DNA of 64,000 nucleotides from Enterobacteria phage KhF2. The notes under the pieces are model-generated. The model saw nothing but the letters and a program-made list of their open reading frames with translations, did not search any database and had not been told where the DNA came from. Below are positions 56,175 through 64,000 of the stretch, piece by piece; the first letter of the stretch is position 1, and every line of letters begins with the position of its first letter. The DNA lies in sequence record KT184314.1; one strand, 5' to 3'. Position numbers and translations under genes: made by a program.

Positions 56175-57281
56175 TTAGTCTGGTTTAGCGTCAGAACGAA
56201 CGTCTACCAGCAACTGAGGACGTGTGCAGTATGGCAGCATGTAAGAGTGAGCTTCAAAGTCAATACCTTCGTCACGGTCTTTTTCGTATTCGAATACGTA
56301 CAGTTCCTGACCAAGTGTATTTGCATAACCCATCTTAGGACATGGACCATATGCCACTTCGAAGATGTTGTTTGCTTCACCCAGCATAGAAACGTTAGGG
56401 AAAGCATGACCTACACCAACAGTTGCTGCTACACTATCAATACTCACCAGAGTGTGAACCTTACCACGCTTGTCTTTGAACTTACCGTTGTACTGGACAA
56501 ACTTAACACCACCGTAGTAGAAAGTGTTCATGTGAGCCTGAACGCCGTCAGTACCACCAGTTCTCAGAGAACCAGTAATCTGTTGCCAAGCCAGCGGAGT
56601 CTGCTGTGCAAGATAAGCATCACGAATCTTAGGGTGCTTAGTCAGTTTGCTGAAGAATACACGGTCAACAACTACGTGAATTTCTTCACCGTTAATTACA
56701 GTGCCAGTCTTAGCTTCGTCTTCCATGTGCATACGCAGTTCTTCAATAGAAGCGTCGATGTCAGCATTAGGATTGTCAAGGTCGAAGTAAATAGTCTTCT
56801 TCTCAACGTCGAACTGCTTGTACAGGTCAGCATACAGAGTACCACGAGCATCAACAACTTTACCCTTCAGAGCTTGCATAAACAAGAACTCACGAGTAAT
56901 ATCGAATTTGGTACGAATCTTCATCAGCTTCTTAGCACGTACTACAGCTTCAGTAGTCAGTTCGTTTGCAGTGCCTGGCTGACGTACACCCTGAATCTCA
57001 TCAGGAGTAATGCTTTCAACTTCTTTGAAGTACATCATTGGGAAGCTGATTTGACGAACACGCTCAGGTGCGCTAGTCTCTGCTTTACGGCTATCACGGT
57101 CTACCGCATCAAGCAAGCTAACATCCCAATCAGTCAAGTCCATAAGGAAAGTAGTTTGGGTGATTGGTGCTGAACGGAACAGACCTAAGTTGGAAATATA
57201 CCCATAAGTATTAGGGATAGACTGGACTTCACCAGTCAGGTCAGCAAGGAAAAATCTGCTTTTTTCAGAATTAGTCAACAT
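56175..57281 (-). CDS. major capsid protein
   Basis: 368 aa downstream of protease/scaffold and decoration genes. Confidence 0.7.
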   Translation of the reverse strand: MLTNSEKSRFFLADLTGEVQSIPNTYGYISNLGLFRSAPITQTTFLMDLTDWDVSLLDAVDRDSRKAETSAPERVRQISFPMMYFKEVESITPDEIQGVRQPGTANELTTEAVVRAKKLMKIRTKFDITREFLFMQALKGKVVDARGTLYADLYKQFDVEKKTIYFDLDNPNADIDASIEELRMHMEDEAKTGTVINGEEIHVVVDRVFFSKLTKHPKIRDAYLAQQTPLAWQQITGSLRTGGTDGVQAHMNTFYYGGVKFVQYNGKFKDKRGKVHTLVSIDSVAATVGVGHAFPNVSMLGEANNIFEVAYGPCPKMGYANTLGQELYVFEYEKDRDEGIDFEAHSYMLPYCTRPQLLVDVRSDAKPD

Positions 57282-57314
57282 TGTAAAATTCTCCAGAATG
57301 TCTTATTATTGTTA

Positions 57315-57692
57315 TTACAGGCCAGTTGGTACGAAATCAATACCTTTAGCAGCCAGAGCTGCCTTAACACTATCAGCATTAACACTTGCTTCAAGAGTAA
57401 GCATGTCTTTCAGTTCTGCATCGCGGTAGATGCCTACCACTTTCAACTGACCATGATAAGACAGTTGTGAGTCTGCGTAGAAGTTAACGATACATACAGA
57501 GTCAGCCTGAGCTTCTTCCCCTGCTGCAACTTTAGTACCGTCTGCTTTCAGAACTTCACCTACACGGTATTCTGTTGAAGCAACTGGAGTGTACTCTTTA
57601 CGAGAGTGACCTGTTGGGGTAATCTGTTCCCAAAGAATGATATCATTCAGAGGTTCTCTGTTACCTAACTTAGTAAAACCTTGATATGCCAT
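57315..57692 (-). CDS. putative head decoration protein
   Basis: 125 aa between protease-scaffold and capsid genes. Confidence 0.4.
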   Translation of the reverse strand: MAYQGFTKLGNREPLNDIILWEQITPTGHSRKEYTPVASTEYRVGEVLKADGTKVAAGEEAQADSVCIVNFYADSQLSYHGQLKVVGIYRDAELKDMLTLEASVNADSVKAALAAKGIDFVPTGL

Positions 57693-57703
57693 TATTGTGT
57701 TCC

Positions 57704-59050
57704 TTATTTGATAAGAGATTTGAGAGCATTCTGGAGAGCCAGTTTGCGTTGTTCAGCGGTGTCTTCGGAAGCATTCTTAGCTGGTTCTTTTTCTTCTTCA
57801 ACCAAATCAGCTTCGCCGTCATTACCCATTTCTTCCATAGCATTAGAATGTTCAAGAACAGCACCAGCAGTTTCTTTCAGCTTGGTAATTTCTGATTCTT
57901 TTTCTTCCATTGCAGAAGCATGGGACGCGATAGTTTCATTAAGTTTCTGGTTAGCACCTTCCATAGCATTCATAAACAGAACACTCAGAGGGTTATCAAG
58001 ACCAGCACCTAAAATAGTCGTTGCAGCTTCTTTTGCATCAAATCCAAAAGCTTCAGCAGAAGCAGAAATCTTATTAGTCAAATCTGACAAAGCAGCTTCC
58101 TGTTCTTTAGCTTTCATTTGAGCAACCTGAAGACGCAAAGCTTCTAGTTCTTGCTTTTCTTGTTCAGTCATTTCTTCACCTGAATTGTTAACGTTTAAAC
58201 TTACAGGAGCCTCTTCAGAACCTTGTAAGTAATTTAAGAAATCATCTTGAGACATGATTGAGTTAATTAAACCAAGTTCAAGAGCTTCCTGAGCAGAATA
58301 AACATTCGCCTCAGTATTCTTTACAGCTTCTTCAGAGAGATTACGAGATTCGGCTACAAAACCTGTAAAGGTTGCGTAGGTATCATTAATTCTCTTTTGA
58401 AGTCTTTCTTTGCTTTCTTCTGAGAGTGCTTGGAATGGTGAACCCATCCCTTTAAATTCACCAGCTTTAATGACGTTAATTGTTACGCCATTCTTTTCAA
58501 ATGCCTTAGTTAATTCCTGATGAACCATAATTACACCAATAGAACCAACATCTGCATCTGGTGATGCAATAATTTCTTCAGCAGAAGATGCAAGAGCGTA
58601 TGCAGCGGAACAAGCGAACTCATCTACATAAGCAATAATTTTCTTTTGGCCTCTTGAAGCCATAATGTGACGTGCTAATTCAAAGCAACCTGAAGCTTCA
58701 CCACCACCAGAATCGATGTGCAGAACAATAGTCTTGATTGACTCATCTGCTAAAGCTTCGTCAAAGCCTCTACGCAAACCTTCATAAGAGCTTAATCCAC
58801 CTGTACACATTGCATCAATGAATGTCATACGATGGGTTAAACCACCCATAATAGGGATAATAGCAATGTCATCTTTTACTTTTAAAAGACTTCTTGCTTC
58901 ACCTTTGGGTTTATCAAAGTTTACTGCTGCTTGGACATCACCCAGCAATCTGTTATTCACATAAGTTGCTGCTGAGTGAGCTAATGATTCAGTGGCTAGT
59001 AAAGGTTGGTTGAATAATCTATCAGCAAGTCTGAAGATATTCGAACTCAT
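57704..59050 (-). CDS. prohead protease (S49/ClpP-like) fused to scaffold-like coiled-coil domain
   Basis: S49 peptidase core VLHIDSGGGEASG...AYVDEFACSAAY...GSIGV; C-terminal Ala/Glu/Lys-rich coiled coil. Confidence 0.7.
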   Translation of the reverse strand: MSSNIFRLADRLFNQPLLATESLAHSAATYVNNRLLGDVQAAVNFDKPKGEARSLLKVKDDIAIIPIMGGLTHRMTFIDAMCTGGLSSYEGLRRGFDEALADESIKTIVLHIDSGGGEASGCFELARHIMASRGQKKIIAYVDEFACSAAYALASSAEEIIASPDADVGSIGVIMVHQELTKAFEKNGVTINVIKAGEFKGMGSPFQALSEESKERLQKRINDTYATFTGFVAESRNLSEEAVKNTEANVYSAQEALELGLINSIMSQDDFLNYLQGSEEAPVSLNVNNSGEEMTEQEKQELEALRLQVAQMKAKEQEAALSDLTNKISASAEAFGFDAKEAATTILGAGLDNPLSVLFMNAMEGANQKLNETIASHASAMEEKESEITKLKETAGAVLEHSNAMEEMGNDGEADLVEEEKEPAKNASEDTAEQRKLALQNALKSLIK

Positions 59051-59061
59051 TTTTACTCACC

Positions 59062-59394
59062 CTATTTGTTTAAATCTACAGAGACTGAAGAGATAACATA
59101 GATACCTTCTTCAGCAAAGAATTGAGGTTTGCTAAGAGCACCAGTTGCCACGCATTTATCGTTAGCATCCCACAAGCTATAGTGTGAGACCGTTGCAGAA
59201 GCTGGAACAGTAATATTAACTGTATCTTCTGAGGCAATTAAGCCATTATCCGGTTCAGAAAAATAAATAGCCACTGGCTGAGTAACCTTATTTGCTGTAG
59301 GGTCTGCCGTTGGGTCTACATTGTGTAAAATAATAGTCGTTGGGGTTAGCGTGGCGAGGATTTTATTCTTACCATCAATAGTTAATGTTCCCAT
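59062..59394 (-). CDS. hypothetical virion protein
   Basis: 110 aa. Confidence 0.4.
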   Translation of the reverse strand: MGTLTIDGKNKILATLTPTTIILHNVDPTADPTANKVTQPVAIYFSEPDNGLIASEDTVNITVPASATVSHYSLWDANDKCVATGALSKPQFFAEEGIYVISSVSVDLNK

Positions 59395-59894
59395 TAATTA
59401 AACCTTACTTTTTGTTTAAGGACTGTTGAATGGTTACCAGATTCATCTACCACATTTACAATCATATCATATACTTTACCTTTGACAAGTACTTTGTAAT
59501 CATTTTGTGAAAAAATGTACTCAAGTCTGTTTGTTTCTTTATTAACTGTCATTGGAGATTGAAATGCAGTGTCGAGGGTAATGAAAGCGGCTTCAATGCT
59601 ATTAACATTGATACGTTTATTCTCGCAGTTATATAACTTTACACCCAAAAGGCATGAACTGTCAAATGGAATTTTAACAATTTCACTACAATTTCCTGAA
59701 ATAAACGGTTTTCCACTCATTGGAGCATCAAGTAACCTGCAAATAGTGAAAACGTCAGAGGTTCCACCATCACTTACATAACCTGAAAGGCTGACCCTTG
59801 AGCCAGCCTCTACAGATAACTTGTCAGTAATGATAAGGACACCCCTATACGAATGCACTCGTGTAGCATTTGAAATAGAGATAACTTCAGCCAT
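59394..59894 (-). CDS. hypothetical virion protein
   Basis: 166 aa between portal and protease. Confidence 0.4.
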   Translation of the reverse strand: MAEVISISNATRVHSYRGVLIITDKLSVEAGSRVSLSGYVSDGGTSDVFTICRLLDAPMSGKPFISGNCSEIVKIPFDSSCLLGVKLYNCENKRINVNSIEAAFITLDTAFQSPMTVNKETNRLEYIFSQNDYKVLVKGKVYDMIVNVVDESGNHSTVLKQKVRFN

Positions 59895-61369
59895 TATTTA
59901 TTTGCCTTATTTGCTGTGCTTGGGTCTTTCGCTGAAGGTGTCTTTGCAGTACCTTCTCCAGCGGTCTTATAACCATCTCCTGAGCGGCTTTGGCTATTTG
60001 GAGAAAGCTTTTCAGATACTGGCTGAGACTCATCAGCAGGAGGGAGACCAATATGCTCTCTAAGTTTGTTAGATAGCTCTTTGTCAACTTCCAAAGCACC
60101 TACTGCAACAGTCTTCTGAATATAAGAACCAATTGCTTCAAGGTCTGGAGTTTCGATATCATCATATGTGATTTGTACATGTTCTTCATCATCCCACATA
60201 TTAAGAGCATAAGTCTGTGCAACTAAATCACGGTTAATTACGTTCTTAATTTGCTTCAGCAGAATATCTACTGACATTGCTAGTAAACTCGTCTTAGAAT
60301 CTGCAAGAGAGAATGAACCATATTTTGACTGACCCATAGCAAGAACATCTGACATAAATGCCATCATAATCTGCTTGGAATATCTGTCAATAATAGAACC
60401 TGTATCGTATGCTTTAGCACCCTGTCTAGAAACTAATGAGAACTCAAAAATATCCTCTTTAGTATCTGGGTCGATATATCTAGGCCAGATTAAACCTGCT
60501 CTATCATTAGCAATCATATCGTTAACAACAGTTTTGCAGTATTGTACGAAAGCTTTCTTTTCAGGTTCTGCATTTTCATCTAGATAGTCTGGTGGTAAAC
60601 CAATCTTTGGCATACCTACTAAGTCTCTTGAAACGCCAACAGCCTCATACTCTTCAATCTGTACTTTATATTTCCACGGTACATAAGCATTAAGTAGTGG
60701 TGAACGACCTTCTGGATTTCCATATTCATCGTCATACTTAAACAGCATGAATTTAGCTCGTGGAAGTTTTCTTGTTAGAGGTCTTTCTCCAAGATTAATT
60801 GCTCCAGCAATATGTGAAACATTTCTCAGATTCTGTCTAACACCAGTAACTTTCCTAAAGTCTTCGTCAAAATACCACTTATCAAGTGTTGACTGGTTTC
60901 TGATTGGTAATTTAGCCCACCCAATTAGACCATCATCAAATTTTGACTGGTACTTTCCTTTTTTACCCTGACGTTTCTTATAAACCTTTTCGTTAACACA
61001 GAACCCATAAGTGCAGAATGACATTACAGAGTTAATAAAATCTGCCCAATCATGCTCCATGTCATCCATTAAAGAATTAAAGAAGTCTGCTCTTTCAAGC
61101 ATTTTAGGGTCTTGCTCTTTTCCCTTTGGAGGTACGAATCTCCAGTTGACTTTTCTGACAAACATCTTAATAATATTCACAGATGCTGCTACAGCAGGGT
61201 CACGCATCATTAATTGGAAAGTTTTAATACTTTCAGGGAACCTTAGTGCCTGACGAGGTTCTTCATAGATTCTTCCATTCTTAACCTTCAGACCCAAAGA
61301 ACCTACTTCACCCATTCTAAATGGTGGTAAGCTTTCTTGTGTTTCTGTAATTTCTGCCATTCTTCTCAC
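59894..61369 (-). CDS. portal protein
   Basis: 491 aa immediately downstream of large terminase. Confidence 0.7.
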   Translation of the reverse strand: MRRMAEITETQESLPPFRMGEVGSLGLKVKNGRIYEEPRQALRFPESIKTFQLMMRDPAVAASVNIIKMFVRKVNWRFVPPKGKEQDPKMLERADFFNSLMDDMEHDWADFINSVMSFCTYGFCVNEKVYKKRQGKKGKYQSKFDDGLIGWAKLPIRNQSTLDKWYFDEDFRKVTGVRQNLRNVSHIAGAINLGERPLTRKLPRAKFMLFKYDDEYGNPEGRSPLLNAYVPWKYKVQIEEYEAVGVSRDLVGMPKIGLPPDYLDENAEPEKKAFVQYCKTVVNDMIANDRAGLIWPRYIDPDTKEDIFEFSLVSRQGAKAYDTGSIIDRYSKQIMMAFMSDVLAMGQSKYGSFSLADSKTSLLAMSVDILLKQIKNVINRDLVAQTYALNMWDDEEHVQITYDDIETPDLEAIGSYIQKTVAVGALEVDKELSNKLREHIGLPPADESQPVSEKLSPNSQSRSGDGYKTAGEGTAKTPSAKDPSTANKANK

Positions 61370-61376
61370 CTAGCTA

Positions 61377-62978
61377 TCAACGTCTAAGCCCCTCATATGG
61401 GTTTCCTCTCACTAAGTCTGTGTGAGCACCCATTGATGGTGGCTTGAATAATTTAACTTCGTTAAGACTGTTGAAAGCATCACTGGTAGCATCCACTTGG
61501 TCATCTTTAGTTTTGCCATCACCACAAAAGCCTTCAAGCTCTTGAAAGTAAGCTTCATTCCAACTACCTCTCAAGACTTTTACAAGTCCAGCTTCAGAAG
61601 CAGCAGAAAACCCCGCAAATCGGGTAACTTTATCTTTATTTGTTGGTTTAGCTCTTGCACGATAGCCTTTCTCGGCAAGTTTCCTGATGAGGGATGTTGC
61701 GTAGGATTTACCAGCAGCGCCTGGGTCTTGAGGGATAAAAATACCAGTTCGCTTACCGTCACTTTCAGCAGTCAAATTAATTTGTGTTTCGACTCCAGAG
61801 GGTCTATCTCTAAATCTTACTACATCAATGATATAATAGCAACCGTCTTTTTTAGATTTACCCATCTTAACACCTGCTGTCCAGTCTGGATTAGGGTTAA
61901 CCTCAGATGGTAAAGTTGCTGCTAAGTCCCATGCTCTAACATCGAATACATCTTCTGGGAGTGAATCAACAATCTCACACCATTGTCTTTGCCAATAGTT
62001 TGAACCTTCTGCACGAGCCTTCCAGTTACCGAAACGAAGTCTTGCAACGTTTACAGGGGTGTTGTTTTCCAACTTACCACGGTACTTAGGCTCTAAGAAG
62101 TCAAGGATTGGGTTATCATCAATCGTACCAGAGATAAAGGTGTATGTTTGAGGAATCTCAAGAGGGAACATTTCAAGAATCTTGTCTCTCTCCCAATCAG
62201 AAACCATCACACCGTCATTCATTACATACCAACGAATACGACCACACTTTTCAGGGTCTGGATAACCTTCTTCATCTAAGAATGGTTCTACCCAATCGTA
62301 AATAAAGTGGTCTCTGTCTGGGTTCATGGAAATCTTCATGTATGAATCACCTTCAGCACCAGAACGTAGACGTGTTTGTAGGTATGAAATCTGTGAAGCA
62401 GAGAAATGTGTACCTTCGTCAAAGTAAATAGCTGAGTATTCAATACCCTGATGACCTTCAGCGTGCTTTTCAAGTTCTAGGTAGGTAAACTTAATAGTTG
62501 CCCCAGAAGGGAATGTAATAGTCATTTTCTGCTCGTGAGGAATCCCACCAAACTTACCAAATAGTTTCTTTGCAGCAGGCCATAAACCACCTTGTAACTG
62601 TGTTGTATTTCGACGGAAATATACAGCATTATAGTTAGGGTCTTCAATAAATCTTAAAGAGTCCATTAACAATGCAGCAGTTTTACCAGCACCAGCAGCA
62701 CCACCATAAAGAACCAAGTCAGCATTAGTATTTAAAAAGACCTCTTGAGAACCCGGCTGAGGGGCTACATAGTTCTTATCAGTCATCAATTTAAAGATAA
62801 GGCGAACTTGGTCTGGTGTGTATCTTAATAAAGTCAGAATTTGAGTTGGAAGGAATTTAGAGGGGTCTTTACCGAATGATTTGATAATTTCTTTTACTTC
62901 ATCAGAAAGCCCCAACTCTCCAGCTAGGACTTTCCTAACATCTTCCACTCGCTTCTGCTTAACAGCATTTAAGTCCAT
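61377..62978 (-). CDS. terminase large subunit
   Basis: Walker A GGAAGAGKT; start at MDLNAV with SD GGAGGTG. Confidence 0.8.
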   Translation of the reverse strand: MDLNAVKQKRVEDVRKVLAGELGLSDEVKEIIKSFGKDPSKFLPTQILTLLRYTPDQVRLIFKLMTDKNYVAPQPGSQEVFLNTNADLVLYGGAAGAGKTAALLMDSLRFIEDPNYNAVYFRRNTTQLQGGLWPAAKKLFGKFGGIPHEQKMTITFPSGATIKFTYLELEKHAEGHQGIEYSAIYFDEGTHFSASQISYLQTRLRSGAEGDSYMKISMNPDRDHFIYDWVEPFLDEEGYPDPEKCGRIRWYVMNDGVMVSDWERDKILEMFPLEIPQTYTFISGTIDDNPILDFLEPKYRGKLENNTPVNVARLRFGNWKARAEGSNYWQRQWCEIVDSLPEDVFDVRAWDLAATLPSEVNPNPDWTAGVKMGKSKKDGCYYIIDVVRFRDRPSGVETQINLTAESDGKRTGIFIPQDPGAAGKSYATSLIRKLAEKGYRARAKPTNKDKVTRFAGFSAASEAGLVKVLRGSWNEAYFQELEGFCGDGKTKDDQVDATSDAFNSLNEVKLFKPPSMGAHTDLVRGNPYEGLRR

Positions 62979-62999
62979 TAAGCACCTCCGCAAATAGAA

Positions 63000-63200
63000 T
63001 TATTCAGAGTCTGTAGCAGTCTCTTCTTTCTTAACTTCGAACTTTGCATCAACAGCATCAAGAAGTGCATCCATAGATGCTTCTTTAATATCAATGCCTG
63101 TTGCTACAGATAATCTGTCTGCAATTGCCATGATAGTATTCTGCATAAATTCTAGCTTCTTGTTAGCTTCATAAAGTTCTTTATAAACGGTCTCGCTCAT
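63000..63200 (-). CDS. hypothetical protein upstream of terminase
   Basis: 66 aa; too small for a typical small terminase. Confidence 0.4.
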   Translation of the reverse strand: MSETVYKELYEANKKLEFMQNTIMAIADRLSVATGIDIKEASMDALLDAVDAKFEVKKEETATDSE

Positions 63201-63236
63201 TATGTTTTCTCCAAATAATTAACCATGTTTCCCCTT

Positions 63237-63260
63237 AAAAAAGACGGCACAGAGACCGTC
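63237..63260 (-). terminator. rho-independent terminator (GACGG-8 nt loop-CCGTC plus U6)
   Basis: A6 on plus strand immediately 5' of hairpin. Confidence 0.5.
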
Positions 63261-63325
63261 AAGGAGAAACCACAATGTACGTCAGAGACATACTGTATAA
63301 GTCTTCTTATAAAGTATAGCTCTGT

Positions 63326-63385
63326 AAAAAAGCCCTGTCTAAAAATACTCTTCGGTAGCGAAAGGAAGAATACTTATAGCAGGGC
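63326..63385 (-). terminator. long imperfect hairpin plus U6 downstream of tRNA pair
   Basis: outer stem GCCCTG/CAGGGC and inner TACTCTTC/GAAGAATA pairing; A6 5' on plus strand. Confidence 0.45.
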
Positions 63386-63422
63386 ATTATTATTATTTTA
63401 ATTGAGAGAGAGTAAAATAACT

Positions 63423-63498
63423 TGGAGAATCCGAAGGGACTCGAACCCTTATAAACCTGTTTTGCAGACAGGCACATAGCCATTTCTGTCACGGATTC
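63423..63498 (-). tRNA. tRNA-Cys (anticodon GCA)
   Basis: 76 nt cloverleaf folded by hand: acceptor GAATCCG/CGGATTC, T-arm AAGGG-TTCGAGT-CCCTT, anticodon arm CCTGT-CTGCAAA-ACAGG, encoded CCA. Confidence 0.8.
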
Positions 63499-63502
63499 AA
63501 AT

Positions 63503-63595
63503 TGGAGGAAGATACCAGACTTGAACTGGTACACCGATTTCTCAGCTACTGGCAGTTTAGCAAACTGCTCCCTTACCTTTTAGGGTTAATCTTCC
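63503..63595 (-). tRNA. tRNA-Ser (anticodon GCU), type II with long variable arm
   Basis: 93 nt: acceptor GGAAGAT/ATCTTCC, 3-bp D-stem, anticodon arm GCAGT-TTGCTAA-ACTGC, variable arm 5-bp stem with GAAA loop, T-arm ACCAG-TTCAAGT-CTGGT, encoded CCA. Confidence 0.8.
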
Positions 63596-63596
63596 A

Positions 63597-63956
63597 TTAT
63601 TTCTGTAATGCGTTCTTCATTTCTGGTGTTGCAATAGTGTCAATCACACCAGTTTTACAAGCATCATCAAACCAGTCTGGTAAGATACCTGCTAAGAACC
63701 CATTGATATTCGTTTTAAGGTACTCTGCAATAAGAGCAGCTTCTTCTTCAATCATCTGCACAACTTCATCTGCATAAGCTGTAATCTTCGAAATACCTTC
63801 ATTAATCTTACTAACAGCTTGGTTAGCTAAATCAGAAATAGTATCAAGACCTTTGTCAATAGCATCTTGTAAGTCACTTAATACATCATTAACGACATCT
63901 AGTGCACTGTTAATTGTGTCAATAGCTTTTTGACCATATTCTGTAGCAACGCCCAT
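63597..63956 (-). CDS. hypothetical coiled-coil protein (N-terminus may lie beyond window)
   Basis: 119-aa ORF ending just upstream of tRNA-Ser. Confidence 0.45.
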   Translation of the reverse strand: MGVATEYGQKAIDTINSALDVVNDVLSDLQDAIDKGLDTISDLANQAVSKINEGISKITAYADEVVQMIEEEAALIAEYLKTNINGFLAGILPDWFDDACKTGVIDTIATPEMKNALQK

Positions 63957-64000
63957 AATACCACTAAACGGTGTACAGCCAACTTGTTCCCCTGCTGCAC

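Noticed and set aside
56247-57173. 308-aa plus-strand ORF
   Set aside because: Lies entirely antisense within the major capsid gene; low-complexity composition, no RBS; typical antisense artefact.
57681-58121. 146-aa and overlapping plus-strand ORFs (also 57686-57895)
   Set aside because: Antisense within the protease-scaffold gene; Ser/Ala-rich product reflects reverse-complemented coiled-coil codons.
61497-61913. 138-aa plus-strand ORF
   Set aside because: Antisense within large terminase gene.
63307-63777. ORFs 63307-63534 (minus) and 63502-63777 (plus)
   Set aside because: They overlap the two hand-folded tRNA genes and the tandem terminators; protein-coding is unlikely.

Overview
This window reads as about 64 kb of a virulent, AT-rich, tailed (myovirus-type) phage genome; the gene content most resembles Felix O1-like (Ounavirinae) phages, but that is inferred from memory of family content, not from a search. 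Three transcription blocks are visible. (1) Minus strand, 1-28.4 kb: putative spanins, a secreted lytic transglycosylase, rIIA/rIIB, an adjacent Nampt-like and Prs-like pair (NAD+ salvage or reconstitution), anaerobic (nrdD/nrdG) and aerobic (nrdA/nrdB plus glutaredoxin) ribonucleotide reductases, RNase H/FEN, a gp32-like SSB, a T7-type primase-helicase, dNMP kinase, candidate homing endonucleases and many small unknown ORFs. (2) Plus strand, 28.6-39.4 kb: family A DNA polymerase, ATP-dependent DNA ligase, small early genes, an XRE-type HTH regulator, DHFR and thymidylate synthase. (3) Minus strand, 39.4-64 kb: a complete morphogenesis module (two paralogous His-rich tail fibers, baseplate, tape measure, tail chaperones with a likely -1 frameshift, tube, sheath, neck, major capsid, protease-scaffold, portal, large terminase) and a tRNA-Cys/tRNA-Ser pair. 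Stereotyped GC-rich tetraloop hairpins followed by T-runs mark many operon ends. The most unusual signals are three copies of a roughly 120-nt G+T-rich intergenic element bounded by hairpins (34.3-35.8 kb), which flank a two-gene cassette of unknown function, and the Nampt-like/Prs-like pair. No CRISPR array, integrase, intron or intein was seen. All functional calls rest on motif recognition by eye; none was verified by a database search.
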